Source of the DNA: Thermococcus sp. JdFR-02
GTDB lineage: Archaea > Methanobacteriota_B > Thermococci > Thermococcales > Thermococcaceae
Assembly: GCA_002009975.1 (NCBI GenBank)
Contig: MTLP01000005.1
Span: 1-50,306, forward strand
DNA: 50,306 bases
Direction: 5' to 3'
Shown: positions 27,732 to 38,894 of the stretch, piece after piece
Layout: each line of letters begins with the position of its first letter
Numbering within the stretch: the first letter of the stretch is position 1
Program-made: the position numbers and the translations under genes
The notes under the pieces: generated by a model
Seen by the model: only the letters and a program-made list of their open reading frames with translations
What the model was told of the DNA's origin: nothing
Databases searched by the model: none

Positions 27732-28267
27732 TAATCATAATGGCTGGCGGAAAATCAAGGCGAATGGGTAAAGAAAAGACCGTTTTAGAGGTTAATGGAA
27801 AACCTATGCTTTTAAGGGTTTATGAGCAGGCAAAAGAAATTGATGAGACTTTAGTTACTTTGAGCAAAAACACGCCAAAAACTAAGGAGCTATGCATAAA
27901 GGAAGGAATTGATTTTGTAGAAACATCTGGAAAGGATTATGTAAGCGATGTTCAATGGCTTTTAAGGGAATTTGGCGAATTTATAAGCGTTGCGGGAGAT
28001 CTGCCTTTTATAAAAGCAAGCGACATTTATGAGATTAAGAAAGCCTTTAAGGGAAAAAGCTTGACTGGTGTTTTGCCTCTCTCAATAATCCCCAAGGATT
28101 TAAAGCCTCTAATTTACAAGAATTATGCAATAGTTGGCTTAAATGCTGTTTCATTTGAAGGTAATGCATTTTTTGAGCTTAGAAACTTCTTGCTGGCTTT
28201 AAATGTTAATACACCAAAAGAGCTTAAGCTTGCAAATAGAATAGCTGAGCTTATTGAAAAAGCATAA
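27728..28267 (+). CDS. cobY: GTP:adenosylcobinamide-phosphate guanylyltransferase
   Basis: [27 protein letters not shown]; lies in the cob cluster. Confidence 0.85.
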   Translation: MIIIMAGGKSRRMGKEKTVLEVNGKPMLLRVYEQAKEIDETLVTLSKNTPKTKELCIKEGIDFVETSGKDYVSDVQWLLREFGEFISVAGDLPFIKASDIYEIKKAFKGKSLTGVLPLSIIPKDLKPLIYKNYAIVGLNAVSFEGNAFFELRNFLLALNVNTPKELKLANRIAELIEKA

Positions 28268-28303
28268 AAACAAAAGAGAGCTTATCTTTTAGGAGGGTTT
28301 GGC

Positions 28304-29371
28304 ATGATTTCAATCATCGTTCCAACTTACAATGAGCGTGAAAATTTGGAGGAACTGTTTAAGAGAATTAGTGATGCTTTAAAGGATTATGAGTATGAAA
28401 TTATAGTTGTTGACGATGATTCTCCAGATAAAACCTGGGAGAAAGCTCAAGAGTTATCAAAGAGTTATCCAGTTAGAGTTATCAGAAGGACGAAAGAAAA
28501 AGGGCTCTCTTCTGCAGTTATTAGAGGATTTAAAGAAGCAGAGGGAGAAATTTTTGTCGTTATGGATGCAGATTTGCAACACCCTCCAGAGATCATTCCA
28601 AAACTTCTAAATGCTCTTGAAAAAGCTGACATTGCAATTGCTTCTCGCTATGTAAAAGGGGGAAAAGTCGAGAACTGGTATTGGTGGAGGAAGATAATCT
28701 CTAAAGGTGCAATAATGATTGGAAGAGTTGCATTGCCTAAAATTAGGGGTATAAAAGACCCTGTGAGTGGTTTCTTTGCTTTGAGGAGAGAAGTTGTTGA
28801 AAACGTTAACTTAAATCCAGTTGGCTTCAAAATCTTGCTTGAGATTCTCATCAAAGGCAATTACTCAAAAGTAGTTGAAGTTCCATTTACTTTTGGCTTG
28901 AGGTTCGCTGGAGAAAGCAAATTGGGAAAGAAGCAGATCTTCAATTACTTGAAGCATTTATACCGTTTGATGAGATGGGAAGGCGAAATTGATAGATTCC
29001 TCAAGTTTGCAATCGTAGGAACAACGGGAATATTTGTGAACCAATTTTTCCTTTGGCTTTTTGTGGAGAAGATTTTTGGAAAAGGTGCAAGTCTGGATTA
29101 TCTCATAGCTAATATCCTTGCAACAGAGTTGGCTATATTAAATAACTTTACCTGGAATGATCTTTGGACTTTTAAAGACTTAAGGAGAGCACCACTATAC
29201 AAGCGGCTCTTTAACTTCCATTTAGCTGCTTTAACTGGGGCAATTGTTCAATGGGTAATCTTCATAATTCTGTTGCAATTTGGAATTCACTACCTAATAG
29301 CCAACCTAATAGGAATTGGTTTCTCTTTTGTGGTCAGATTTCTCGTTAATAGACATGTTACATGGGGATAG
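28304..29371 (+). CDS. GT2 polyprenol-phosphate mannose synthase-like enzyme with a GtrA membrane domain
   Basis: [28 protein letters not shown]; C-terminal four-helix GtrA-like region. Confidence 0.9.
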   Translation: MISIIVPTYNERENLEELFKRISDALKDYEYEIIVVDDDSPDKTWEKAQELSKSYPVRVIRRTKEKGLSSAVIRGFKEAEGEIFVVMDADLQHPPEIIPKLLNALEKADIAIASRYVKGGKVENWYWWRKIISKGAIMIGRVALPKIRGIKDPVSGFFALRREVVENVNLNPVGFKILLEILIKGNYSKVVEVPFTFGLRFAGESKLGKKQIFNYLKHLYRLMRWEGEIDRFLKFAIVGTTGIFVNQFFLWLFVEKIFGKGASLDYLIANILATELAILNNFTWNDLWTFKDLRRAPLYKRLFNFHLAALTGAIVQWVIFIILLQFGIHYLIANLIGIGFSFVVRFLVNRHVTWG

Positions 29372-29373
29372 GC

Positions 29374-30825
29374 ATGGGAAAGGCTTTAATGATTCAGGGG
29401 ACTTCATCAGGTGCTGGAAAATCTCTGCTAGCTTTAGCCCTTTGCAGGATTTTCTCTAATCTGGGCTATGACGTAGTTCCCTTTAAAAGCCAAAACATGA
29501 GCCTAAATTCAGCACCGAGCATTGAAGGCGGGGAGATTAGCAGAGCTCAATATTTACAAGCTTTAGCATGCAGAAAAAAGCCATCCATAAAGTTTAACCC
29601 AATACTTCTGAAACCTGAAGGAAATATGAAAAGCCAAGTGGTTTTCATGGGAAAGCCAATTGGAAGTGTTTCTGCTAAAGAATACATGTTCAGCAAAAAG
29701 GAGGAGCTCTTTTCGAAAGCTATGAATGTTTTAGATGAGCTTTTAGAGAAGCATGATTTGGTAATAATTGAAGGTGCTGGAAGTCCAGTTGAAATAAATC
29801 TGAAAGACTATGATATTGCCAATATGCGAGTTGCAAAGCACTCAAAATCCAAGGTGATTTTAGTTACAGATATTGACAGAGGGGGGAGCTTTGCATCAAT
29901 CGTTGGCACAATGGAGCTTTTAGATAAAGAAGAGCGTGATTTGATCCTTGGTTTTGTATTCAACAAGTTTAGAGGTGATAAAAGCCTTCTTGAGCCAGGA
30001 TTTGAGTTTTTAGAAAATCGCTATAGAAAGAGGGTTTTAGGTGTTATACCTTATGTCGAACATAAACTCCCAGAAGAGGATTCTCTAGTTGAATTTCCAA
30101 AAGTTAAGGGAGATTTGCACATTCAAATAGTTAAGCTACCGCATATAAGCAATTTCACGGACTTTGAACCTTTGCACTGGGCTAATGGAGTGGATTATGT
30201 AACAAAGGCTGAAGAGATTAAAGGAGACCTGATAATTATTCCAGGGAGTAAAAACACTGTTGGTGATTTACTTTGGATGAGAGAGAACGGAATCGAAGAT
30301 GCGATAATTCAAGCCTATAAGGAAGGAGCATTTATTGTGGGAATCTGTGGTGGCTTCCAAATGCTTGGGGAGAAGATAATAGATAATGTTGAGAGTAAAG
30401 CTGGAGAAATTAAGGGAATTGGGATTTTAAAGGTTAAAACTACATTTGCAAACCAAAAAAGGACTAATCATTTAAAGGGTGAGCTTTTGTGGGAACCTTT
30501 CAAAGGCATGACAGTTGAAGGTTATGAAATTAGATTTGGGAGGAGCAGAACAGAAAAACCCTTCTCTATAATTAGGGCAATTAACGAAAAGCCAGCATTT
30601 GAGTATGATGGGGCTATTGGAAAGAGAGCTTTTGGAACCTATCTGCATGGAATCTTTCACAATTTTGCATTTACACAAGGGTTCTTGAACATGCTCAGAA
30701 AAGAGAAAGGACTGGAAAAGATAAGCTTGGAAGAATGGAGTATAGAAGAGGAGATAGGGAGATTTGCAAAGATAGTTGAGAGGAATATTGATGTTGATTA
30801 TATCTTAAATGTCCTTGAGCTTTAG
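29374..30825 (+). CDS. cobQ: Cobyric acid synthase
   Basis: [39 protein letters not shown]. Confidence 0.95.
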   Translation: MGKALMIQGTSSGAGKSLLALALCRIFSNLGYDVVPFKSQNMSLNSAPSIEGGEISRAQYLQALACRKKPSIKFNPILLKPEGNMKSQVVFMGKPIGSVSAKEYMFSKKEELFSKAMNVLDELLEKHDLVIIEGAGSPVEINLKDYDIANMRVAKHSKSKVILVTDIDRGGSFASIVGTMELLDKEERDLILGFVFNKFRGDKSLLEPGFEFLENRYRKRVLGVIPYVEHKLPEEDSLVEFPKVKGDLHIQIVKLPHISNFTDFEPLHWANGVDYVTKAEEIKGDLIIIPGSKNTVGDLLWMRENGIEDAIIQAYKEGAFIVGICGGFQMLGEKIIDNVESKAGEIKGIGILKVKTTFANQKRTNHLKGELLWEPFKGMTVEGYEIRFGRSRTEKPFSIIRAINEKPAFEYDGAIGKRAFGTYLHGIFHNFAFTQGFLNMLRKEKGLEKISLEEWSIEEEIGRFAKIVERNIDVDYILNVLEL

Positions 30826-30871
30826 GAAACCTTTTTTATATCTTTGTCTTCTAATTTTTTAGGTGTTCGGT

Positions 30872-32560
30872 ATGAGGCGTTTTTTGAAAGAAGCTGAGGA
30901 ATATTTTAACGTTGATGGAGCTTTAGGAAACATAGCAGACATAACAAAATTCCATAGGATTCAAGGATCAAAAGAGCTTGTTGAGGCTGCAAAATATATT
31001 TTGGAAGAACTTTGGCTTTTAGGCATGAAAGCAGAGCTTTTGGAAGATACCTATGATGGTGAGAGATTGCATTTGACCTTAAAATCACCAATAGCATGGG
31101 ATGTTATTGAAGGTTTTGTCGAAATAAATGGAAAAAAGCTCACAACCCTAAAAACGCCCCTTGTTGTCATGGCACATTCTCCAAGTGGAGAAGCTGAGGG
31201 AGAAGTTGTTCTAATTGAAAGTGAAGATGAGTGGGAAAAAGCAAAGGGAAAAATAGTTTTGGTTGGAAAAGAATGGAGAGAGAATTATGAAAAGGCAAAT
31301 AAAAATGGTGCAATTGGCTTTATTATTTATAAAAAGGGTTCTGGGAAAGCAATACCTTACGTTGGGCTTTTCTTGACTAAAAAAGATTTGGAATGGGCAA
31401 AAATTCCAGCTGTGGCAATAAGTGAGGAATGGGCTGAAGAAATTATTGCAAAGCTGAAAAAAGGCGAAAAAGTTGAAGCAAAAATAAAAACTGTTACAGA
31501 GATTAGGGAAAAACAGACTTTGCCAATAGTTTATGCTGAAATTGGAAAAGCGCCTTACATTCTTTTCACAGCACATATTTGTCATCCAACGCCTGGAGCA
31601 AATGATAATGCGAGCGGTAGTGGACTATTGCTTGAAATTGCGAGGGTTTTAAATAATTTATACAATGAAGAATTCCGCTTTGGCTTTGCTTTCCTTTGGG
31701 TTCCAGAATATCATGGAAGTCAAGCGTTTATAGAGAAGTTTGCAAAGCTTGAGAATTATTACGTTTCAATGAACCTTGACATGGTTGGAGGGAGTGAGGA
31801 CAGGACAAATTCGACTTTAATGCTTATTAAAACACCTCTTTCAAGATTTTCAATAGTTAACGGGCTTTTGGAGTACTTTGTTAATCTTTTGAACTCCCAA
31901 GGGAAGAGTTTTGGAGGAGAGGCTTTGCCAAAGCTTAAGTTTAAAGCTTACAGCTATGAAGCAGGAAGCGATCACGATGTATTGAACTTTTTTGGAGTTC
32001 CCTCCCTAATGCTGATAACATGGCCCGATAACTATTACCATACAAGCGAAGATTCTCTTGAAAAGCTCAGCAAGGATTCTCTTGAAATAGTTGGAAAAAG
32101 CATTGTTGCAACAGTTTTGGCTTTGGCAAAGGCAGAGAGGAGTGAATTGAAGAGGTTTGTAAGGGGTTACATTATGAAGTATCTGGGAGAGCTTGGGTTG
32201 GATAGGGATATAGAAGTTTCAGAGAAACTTATCATGAGCGGATTGTTAAGAGATTCAAAGTTTTTGGGGGTTAATTTAGGTCATGAGTTTAAGCCTAATC
32301 CTTGGCTTAGATGGGAAAGAAAAGGCATAATCTCTGTAAAAGCAATAAAGGAAATTGATGAAGAAGTTGCAGAAGAGCTAAGGAAGCTCTTTAAAGATTC
32401 TAAAATTTACCATATATATGAACTCTTAATGCTTGGCGAAGCTTTGCCAAAGGAAGAGAGCTTCAAAGCTTTAGAAGAGGAGTTTGGCAAAATTGAGAGA
32501 GAAAAGCTTGAAAAGGTTTTAGAGCTTTTAAGTAGAATCGGCTTCGTGTCTTTTGTTTAG
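30872..32560 (+). CDS. M28-like aminopeptidase with PA domain (DUF4910-like)
   Basis: AHICHP, GANDNASG, NLDMVG, GSDH, YYHTSED. Confidence 0.8.
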   Translation: MRRFLKEAEEYFNVDGALGNIADITKFHRIQGSKELVEAAKYILEELWLLGMKAELLEDTYDGERLHLTLKSPIAWDVIEGFVEINGKKLTTLKTPLVVMAHSPSGEAEGEVVLIESEDEWEKAKGKIVLVGKEWRENYEKANKNGAIGFIIYKKGSGKAIPYVGLFLTKKDLEWAKIPAVAISEEWAEEIIAKLKKGEKVEAKIKTVTEIREKQTLPIVYAEIGKAPYILFTAHICHPTPGANDNASGSGLLLEIARVLNNLYNEEFRFGFAFLWVPEYHGSQAFIEKFAKLENYYVSMNLDMVGGSEDRTNSTLMLIKTPLSRFSIVNGLLEYFVNLLNSQGKSFGGEALPKLKFKAYSYEAGSDHDVLNFFGVPSLMLITWPDNYYHTSEDSLEKLSKDSLEIVGKSIVATVLALAKAERSELKRFVRGYIMKYLGELGLDRDIEVSEKLIMSGLLRDSKFLGVNLGHEFKPNPWLRWERKGIISVKAIKEIDEEVAEELRKLFKDSKIYHIYELLMLGEALPKEESFKALEEEFGKIEREKLEKVLELLSRIGFVSFV

Positions 32561-32863
32561 TTCTTCCTCAATTTCACTTATCCTTTTAACTATATTTTCC
32601 TTCAGCCTTTCTAGGAGTTCTGTTGGCGAGATTGCTGTGTAAACGTAACCTAACCAGCCTTTTTGGATTAGTTGTCTCTTTAAAAATCCTCTACGATATA
32701 AATTTAGAACATGTTCTCTAACGCTTCTCTCGCTTATTCCAAGCTCCTTTTGAATTTCTGTTATTCTCATCGGCACTTCTCTCTCTAAAAGCAGTCTATA
32801 AATCTTGATCTCTGTTCTCTTAACGCCTAATGACCTCAATAGGTTCTCAAACTTTTCATGCAT
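32528..32863 (-). CDS. TrmB-like HTH transcriptional regulator
   Basis: LGVKRTEIKIYRLL..ITEIQKELGISERSVREHV. Confidence 0.8.
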   Translation of the reverse strand: MHEKFENLLRSLGVKRTEIKIYRLLLEREVPMRITEIQKELGISERSVREHVLNLYRRGFLKRQLIQKGWLGYVYTAISPTELLERLKENIVKRISEIEEELNKRHEADST

Positions 32864-32982
32864 TACTCTCACCATTTCGATATTTGTTTAATTATGCTAT
32901 CTAACCCACCTATGCAAATTTATTTTCATACGTTTATGTTCATAAAACTTGCGGTTGGGATTGACAACTTTCTGATAAAATT

Positions 32983-33654
32983 TTAAAAATTTGAATAACT
33001 GTCGAATTTTATACTTCCCAAATAGGTTCCATCTGGTAAAAAGACCTCCCCTTCTTTGCTATTTTTCAAAAAGGGAATCATTTTAATACCTTCTCTAATT
33101 TCAAATCCTTCAAGGTATGGATTTATTGTAGGCATGATTAGAAATTTGCTGATCTTAAGAAAGCACTTCGCTTTTCTAACAACGCCTCCAACTTTAACAC
33201 TTACAGCTGGGTGTATATGACCTAAAACGGCTTTTTTAAACTCCATGTCTGGCAAATTTTGATGCCCATGAATGAATAGAACATCATCTAAGAGGAAATG
33301 ATTCACAACTTTAACATTTGGAAATTCCGTTATAATCTCTTCAATCAAGCCATCGTGATTCCCCTTCGTTATAATAATCCTAAAATCTCTCAAATTACTA
33401 AAAAACTCTAAGAGAAGTTTCTTTGTAAATGTGCTCATCCCTATGGGCTCTTTAATGTCTCCAAGCAAAATAACTAGGTCTGGGTTATTTGAGTTAATAA
33501 ACTCTGCTAACTTTTTCTCAAAGTAGGTTCTTATCCTAATTCCACGTGAGAGCTCAAAAGCAATGTGCGGATCAGCTAAAATAAGGGTTTTTCCAAGTGA
33601 AGTTTTTAGTTCCAAAGAAAGTTTAGAAAAGCTTTCAAAATTCATATTTTGCAC
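32983..33654 (-). CDS. Calcineurin-like metallophosphoesterase
   Basis: ADPH, LGD, GNHD, HGH, GHIHP. Confidence 0.88.
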   Translation of the reverse strand: MQNMNFESFSKLSLELKTSLGKTLILADPHIAFELSRGIRIRTYFEKKLAEFINSNNPDLVILLGDIKEPIGMSTFTKKLLLEFFSNLRDFRIIITKGNHDGLIEEIITEFPNVKVVNHFLLDDVLFIHGHQNLPDMEFKKAVLGHIHPAVSVKVGGVVRKAKCFLKISKFLIMPTINPYLEGFEIREGIKMIPFLKNSKEGEVFLPDGTYLGSIKFDSYSNF

Positions 33655-33681
33655 CTTAAGAGAAATGAAAAAGGGAAGTCT

Positions 33682-33795
33682 TCAAATGATTCCTCTTTCC
33701 TTCTTCCTTTGTCTCTTCAGTCTCCTGATTCTCTTTTTAATCCACTTCCACCTCATCCTGCCCTTCTTTTTCCATTTCCTTGGTCTCCTCTTCAT
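33682..33795 (-). CDS. rpl41e: Ribosomal protein eL41 (L41e); 37 aa, not in the ORF track
   Basis: [48 protein letters not shown]. Confidence 0.88.
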   Translation of the reverse strand: MKRRPRKWKKKGRMRWKWIKKRIRRLKRQRKKERGII

Positions 33796-33844
33796 GATGA
33801 TCACCCCTATAATCGTTCCGCCTTAAGCTTTTTCAAGTATCTTT

Positions 33845-35698
33845 TTAAGCTTTTCTCCTCAAGAGGAATGAACCTATAACAATTCCCACAAAAAGCGATG
33901 TAAAGGCTATTATGCTGGCTTTGTCGATTGGGAGCACTTCCTTTTTTACTATCTTTTCAACGGGAGCATAAACGATCTTAGTTATGTTTTGGGGCTTGCA
34001 TTGGCTTTGATTGGTCAATGTGATAGTTTGAGTTGCATTTTCTGGGCATACTTCTTTTTCAACAATTTTCTTAATTAATTGTGTTGTTACAGGTGAGTAA
34101 ACTTGAATCACTGCACTGTCAAGGGTTTTTTCAATAGGAAATACGCTTTTGAGGGCTATGGTTAGATTGCCCTCTTTTAGGGGGATGGCTTCCAAGCTAA
34201 TAACACCCTTTGATGGAGAATCAATAAATACTCTATTAGAACCTTTGATAAACAATTCTCCAGTTAGCTCTAAAACCACGGAGCTGTTATAGCTTGAAGA
34301 TGCTTCATAGTTAACTTTCAATGTGAAAGGCTTACCAAGAGTTATATTTTTATAATCGCCAACTATCTTTGCATTGAGAGTTAGCTCTGGGTCTGTAACG
34401 GATATCTGTCTCGTTAAAACATTCCTATAAATTCTTCCCCTTTCATCTTCGTATATTAGTTCAACTGTAACTTTTTGGTATCCTTTCTTGTTCATTGTTA
34501 TGTTGCCTGTGACTGAAAAGCTCCTTCCAGGGTTGAGTCTCAAAAGCGACTTCCTTAGAATTAATCCATCTGTATAAACAAGTACCTCCAAGTTATTTGC
34601 CTTTCCATCCCCTTTATTTTCAAAGGAAATCTTCAATGGGATGATTTCTCCTATATGGGAAGTCTCTTTCAAATCTATGTTTACATCGATTATTGGAAGG
34701 GTAACATTGCCTTCCTCTTGATACAGCAATTCCTCATCTGCAAAAATGATTACATGAGCTAAGTTGTGTGTAACACCGCCGAAACCGTAATCAAACTTAA
34801 TCGCTACTGGTGGGTGCACTAAATATGGATCATCCAAAGTTAACACTTTTTTGTCTACCATAATGCCAGCTCTGTAAAGGGTAATCTCTACCCTTTCCTC
34901 GCTGATGAATTTTGAGAGCTCAACTTCGTAAATCTTGGATATCCTAACCTTCTCTCCCTCTATTAAAAATCCTTCAAAAAAGGGAAGTTCTTTTATCTCC
35001 AGATAGGCTCCATCCACTAAATCAAGCCTAACAACTGCTTCTTTTGTGTTGAAATCTAAAAGCGTCATTAGAGTTGCATCGTCGATATAAACGCTCTCTC
35101 CCCTACCAAGTTTGTAAGTTTTTTCATTCACAACTAAAACAGCCTTTCCATTGCTGATTCCTTCATATTTCACATATCCTTCTTCTCCTTTTTTAATAGA
35201 TGCCTTAAAGATATAATCATAGGAATCGAGCTTTATTTCAAAATTCTTGTCTTTATAGTAAGTGTTTTCCTTATTTAGTTCAATGACAGTGTATCCAAGG
35301 TCTATCTTTGCATAGCTTTGATTAGCCTTTACAATGCGAATTTCTTTATCTTTAAGCTTTATTTTCTGCCCGGTTTTAAAGTATGGTACATCTATCTCAA
35401 AAAGAACAGATGGGTAAATCTCTGACTTAAAACTATCTTCAGCCCATATTAGAAGGTTATCAACTAAAGTTCCGTTACCTATTGGGAGCGTGTCTATTCT
35501 ATACAACTGCCCATATTTGTATGTATGCAATAGGGCTTTTGTAAAGTCTCTATCCACATCTGCAAGTTTTATCGTGTATTCATCTATAACGATGCTATCA
35601 CCAATCTTAATCCATGTAAACAGCTTTCCTTGATCGATAGCACTCACTGGATTAGAGATAAGAAGGAGAAGAGCAATAGTAATTAAAACTTTTTTCAT
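33845..35698 (-). CDS. Exported, C-terminally anchored beta-rich surface protein (CARDB/S-layer-like domains)
   Basis: Signal peptide, ISFENKGDGKANN Ig-like motif, Thr-rich linker, TM helix followed by RRK. Confidence 0.7.
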   Translation of the reverse strand: MKKVLITIALLLLISNPVSAIDQGKLFTWIKIGDSIVIDEYTIKLADVDRDFTKALLHTYKYGQLYRIDTLPIGNGTLVDNLLIWAEDSFKSEIYPSVLFEIDVPYFKTGQKIKLKDKEIRIVKANQSYAKIDLGYTVIELNKENTYYKDKNFEIKLDSYDYIFKASIKKGEEGYVKYEGISNGKAVLVVNEKTYKLGRGESVYIDDATLMTLLDFNTKEAVVRLDLVDGAYLEIKELPFFEGFLIEGEKVRISKIYEVELSKFISEERVEITLYRAGIMVDKKVLTLDDPYLVHPPVAIKFDYGFGGVTHNLAHVIIFADEELLYQEEGNVTLPIIDVNIDLKETSHIGEIIPLKISFENKGDGKANNLEVLVYTDGLILRKSLLRLNPGRSFSVTGNITMNKKGYQKVTVELIYEDERGRIYRNVLTRQISVTDPELTLNAKIVGDYKNITLGKPFTLKVNYEASSSYNSSVVLELTGELFIKGSNRVFIDSPSKGVISLEAIPLKEGNLTIALKSVFPIEKTLDSAVIQVYSPVTTQLIKKIVEKEVCPENATQTITLTNQSQCKPQNITKIVYAPVEKIVKKEVLPIDKASIIAFTSLFVGIVIGSFLLRRKA

Positions 35699-35756
35699 GT
35701 TCACCACCAATGTTATTAGGTCTTAAGCTTATTAATAATTTGTCGTGGTGATGGAA

Positions 35757-36551
35757 ATGAAAATCGGGTTTATTCAAATGGAACCAAAGCTTTTGGATTT
35801 GAACACTAACTTAAGCAAAGCAGAGAAGTTTTTAAAAGAAGCCGCTAAAAAAGAAACAAAGCTTGTTGTTTTGCCAGAGCTTTTTGACACGGGATACAAC
35901 TTTTATAGCAAGGAGGAATTGGAAGAGATTGCTCAGCAAGTTCCAGATGGTGAAACTACCCAATTCTTAATTGAACAGGCAAGGGAGCATGAAATGTTTA
36001 TTATCGCTGGAACTGCAGAGAAAGATGAAAAAGGGAGAATATATAACTCAGCAGTAATTGTTGGTCCTATTGGATGGGGCTACATTGGAAAATACCGCAA
36101 GATACATCTCTTTTACAGGGAAAAACTATTCTTTGAGCCTGGAAATTTAGGATTTCACGTCTTCAACATAGGTATAGCTAGAGTTGGGGTAATGATTTGC
36201 TTTGATTGGTTCTTCCCTGAAGCAATGAGGACTTTAGCTTTGAAAGGCGCTGATATAATTGCTCATCCTGCTAACCTAGTCATGCCTTATGCTCCAAAAG
36301 CTATGCCAATTAGGAGCTTGGAGAACAGGGTTTTCAGTATTACGGCAAATAGGATTGGAGAGGAGAGAGGATTGAGGTTCATTGGAATGAGCCAAATTAA
36401 CTCGCCAAAAGCTGAGATTTTGCTTAGGGCAAGTGAAGACAAGGAAGAAGTTGGAATTGTGGAGATTGGCTTAGAAGAAGCGAGAAATAAAAAGATAAAC
36501 GAGTTTAACGACATTTTCAAAGATAGGAGACCAGAGCATTATATGCTTTAG
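35757..36551 (+). CDS. Nitrilase / carbon-nitrogen hydrolase
   Basis: Catalytic E-K-C: LPEL, YRKIHL, ICFDW. Confidence 0.92.
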   Translation: MKIGFIQMEPKLLDLNTNLSKAEKFLKEAAKKETKLVVLPELFDTGYNFYSKEELEEIAQQVPDGETTQFLIEQAREHEMFIIAGTAEKDEKGRIYNSAVIVGPIGWGYIGKYRKIHLFYREKLFFEPGNLGFHVFNIGIARVGVMICFDWFFPEAMRTLALKGADIIAHPANLVMPYAPKAMPIRSLENRVFSITANRIGEERGLRFIGMSQINSPKAEILLRASEDKEEVGIVEIGLEEARNKKINEFNDIFKDRRPEHYML

Positions 36552-36555
36552 CTTT

Positions 36556-37359
36556 TTAATTTTTGGAAAACAATGAAATAAACATCATTACAATTGGCAA
36601 ACCTATTAATAGAGCAACCAAGATTGGCAAATGATTAACTGGGAAGATATGAGTGCTGTTTAAGTTGAACCAAAGCATGTCGAGGAAGGAAATAAATTGA
36701 AGGAACATTACAGAGAGAAGTAAATTAAGCGTCCATTTCCTTGTTTTCTCTGGATTTTTTGAATAAATAGATATGTAAACCCTTCTAAAAGGCTCTTTTG
36801 CAAGGTAGATTAAACCTAAGAGAAGAAGCATCGTTAGAGAAGGAAGAATTAGCGCAAAAATTAGCTTTGAACCAAAGTTATCTGGAACTCCTGAGGAGTT
36901 AAAGTGAATTGCTATGATTTCGGGAAGCTTTGGATAAGTGTATAAAAGGATGAGTAAATAGGCTGCAAAGATTATACTTCCAGCAAAGAGCCAAGGCTTG
37001 ACATTAAATTCTTTTAAAGGCTTTACTTCACCTTTAGCTGGCTTAAAGGTTTCTATTTCAAGGGCTCTCTTTGATACGTAAGTACCTATTAAAATAACCG
37101 CAACTAGTCCAAACACGCTTACAGACACTACCTGATTCTCGTCTAAGAAAAAGCCCATAATAATTACAGCAATTCCAAGGATCATTAACGCTATTCCAAC
37201 AAATGTGTTTCCAACTTTCCAAGCTTCTGGAGAAGCTAAGGTATAGGGGATTCTAAAGCCAATCCTTAACCCATATTTAAATTCAGGCTTGTCCCTAAAT
37301 GCATAGCTTATAACTCCCGCAAAAAATATTATTACTCCTAAAAGCTGGACTTCATTCAT
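36556..37359 (-). CDS. SdpI/DUF1648-type membrane protein
   Basis: IGFRIPYTL..EAWKVGN (SdpI-like) and LPEIIAIHFNSSGVPDNFGSK (DUF1648-like). Confidence 0.75.
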   Translation of the reverse strand: MNEVQLLGVIIFFAGVISYAFRDKPEFKYGLRIGFRIPYTLASPEAWKVGNTFVGIALMILGIAVIIMGFFLDENQVVSVSVFGLVAVILIGTYVSKRALEIETFKPAKGEVKPLKEFNVKPWLFAGSIIFAAYLLILLYTYPKLPEIIAIHFNSSGVPDNFGSKLIFALILPSLTMLLLLGLIYLAKEPFRRVYISIYSKNPEKTRKWTLNLLLSVMFLQFISFLDMLWFNLNSTHIFPVNHLPILVALLIGLPIVMMFISLFSKN

Positions 37360-37711
37360 TTTCCCACCCCAACTTTTCAAATATTTTGGTTATGAATGAA
37401 AGCTCATTTTTCAGTTCATTTAAAACATCCTCTCCAAGGGGCGTGATTTTATAATACTTCCTTGCTCTCCCCCCAATTTCTCCCCAAAAGCTACTAACAA
37501 GCTTATATTTCTCCAAACTTTTGAGCAGGTCATAAAGTGTCCCTTCGCTTGGAACTAATTTTCCTTCGCTAAGCTCTTCAAAAGCCCTTCTTATTGCATA
37601 ACCATGCATAGGTTTCTCTTTAAGGAAGGATAAAATTATGAGAGAGTAAGTTCCAGCCCTAAGTTCTTTCCTCAGCTTCTTGAGAGCTTTTTCCTTAGCA
37701 TCACCAAACAA
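37352..37711 (-). CDS. PadR-family regulator
   Basis: PMHGYAI, SEGTLYDLL, RARKYYKIT; probable TTG start. Confidence 0.88.
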   Translation of the reverse strand: MFGDAKEKALKKLRKELRAGTYSLIILSFLKEKPMHGYAIRRAFEELSEGKLVPSEGTLYDLLKSLEKYKLVSSFWGEIGGRARKYYKITPLGEDVLNELKNELSFITKIFEKLGWENE

Positions 37712-38822
37712 TCTTCTCTTCCTCCTTCTCTTCCTTTGCTTTAGGCAATGCATAGTGGAGCAGTATTAGGGCAGTGATGATTAAAGAGCTATATGTCAAA
37801 ATTAGGCTTATTTGGGACTGTGTTAGCTGATAGTGAGCGGCAAATGTGTCTATGATTCCATGAGCAATGCTTAAACCTAAAAGTGCTTTCCTTCCAAAGC
37901 CATTTTTGTAAGCGTAAGCTAAAACCATTGTAGTTCCAGCATGGAAGAGCGTTGCTGAAAATCTCTCTATCATGGATAAAAAGCTCATGCTGATTGAAGA
38001 GACTGACAAAGGAGCACCAAGTATAGAATAGAGCACTGATAAGAGGGGGATTATTATTGCTTCTCCAACTCCAAAGCCTAATCCTATAAAGAGCGCAACT
38101 TTAACGCTTCTATTTCTTGAAAAGAAGTACTTCAACCCTTCTTGGAAAAAGCCTGCGACAAAGCCTAGCCAAATCGAAGCAAAAATAATGAATTCTGTTC
38201 CCCTCGCAACAACATCAACGTTAGATTTTATGCCCATTGCTAAAAAAGGTAGCTGTTGAAAGATCGGCTGAATGAAGAGAGTTATCATTACCAGGAAGAA
38301 ACCTAATATGATCTCCGCCCATCCTATTTTTTTGAATCCAAGTGCATAGAAGGTTAAAAATGCTAAAATTCCACCAAGCATTGGAAAAGCCACTGCTATA
38401 GGTGTTGGAATGCTTTTTTCTTTTCCCTTCAGATTTACAGCATCTATCCAAAGTCCAGAAAGCTTGTATTGCCCATTAACTTCCCTAAAAACGAGTCTTA
38501 AAGTCAAGTCGGCTTTTTCAAATTTAAAACGATAGTATGCTAAGATAAATTCGCCTTTTTTCCCTTCTTTAACGAATTCGTAGCTCTTAAGATCTCCATA
38601 CTTTGAAGTTAGCTGATCCCTAAAGGCTTCGAAATAGCTTTCTGTAAATGCTTTTTTCATTTCTCTGTCTAGGTATGGCTCCAAAATTGAATAATCCCCA
38701 CTTTTTAAACTTTCAAATGTTGCCTTAGCAGCTTCATCATAGGGTTTTTCAGAAATCACAAGGCTTGATATCAAGAGGATTCCAATCAATGGAATGATTG
38801 CTTTCTTCATATTCATCACCAT
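37701..38822 (-). CDS. YhfC/PrsW-like intramembrane metalloprotease with an extracellular N-domain
   Basis: AGFFQEGLKY, GLGFGVGEA, ERFSATLFH, AHGIID. Confidence 0.75.
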   Translation of the reverse strand: MVMNMKKAIIPLIGILLISSLVISEKPYDEAAKATFESLKSGDYSILEPYLDREMKKAFTESYFEAFRDQLTSKYGDLKSYEFVKEGKKGEFILAYYRFKFEKADLTLRLVFREVNGQYKLSGLWIDAVNLKGKEKSIPTPIAVAFPMLGGILAFLTFYALGFKKIGWAEIILGFFLVMITLFIQPIFQQLPFLAMGIKSNVDVVARGTEFIIFASIWLGFVAGFFQEGLKYFFSRNRSVKVALFIGLGFGVGEAIIIPLLSVLYSILGAPLSVSSISMSFLSMIERFSATLFHAGTTMVLAYAYKNGFGRKALLGLSIAHGIIDTFAAHYQLTQSQISLILTYSSLIITALILLHYALPKAKEEKEEEKIVW

Positions 38823-38894
38823 ACCTCGGACCTCGATGTATTACTTTTTCACAAATATTAAAAGGTTTTTGCTTTAAATAGAAGCGGTGAGAAA

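Noticed and set aside
33563-33879. Hydrophobic and Pro-rich plus-strand ORFs
   Set aside because: Antisense shadows of the eL41 gene.
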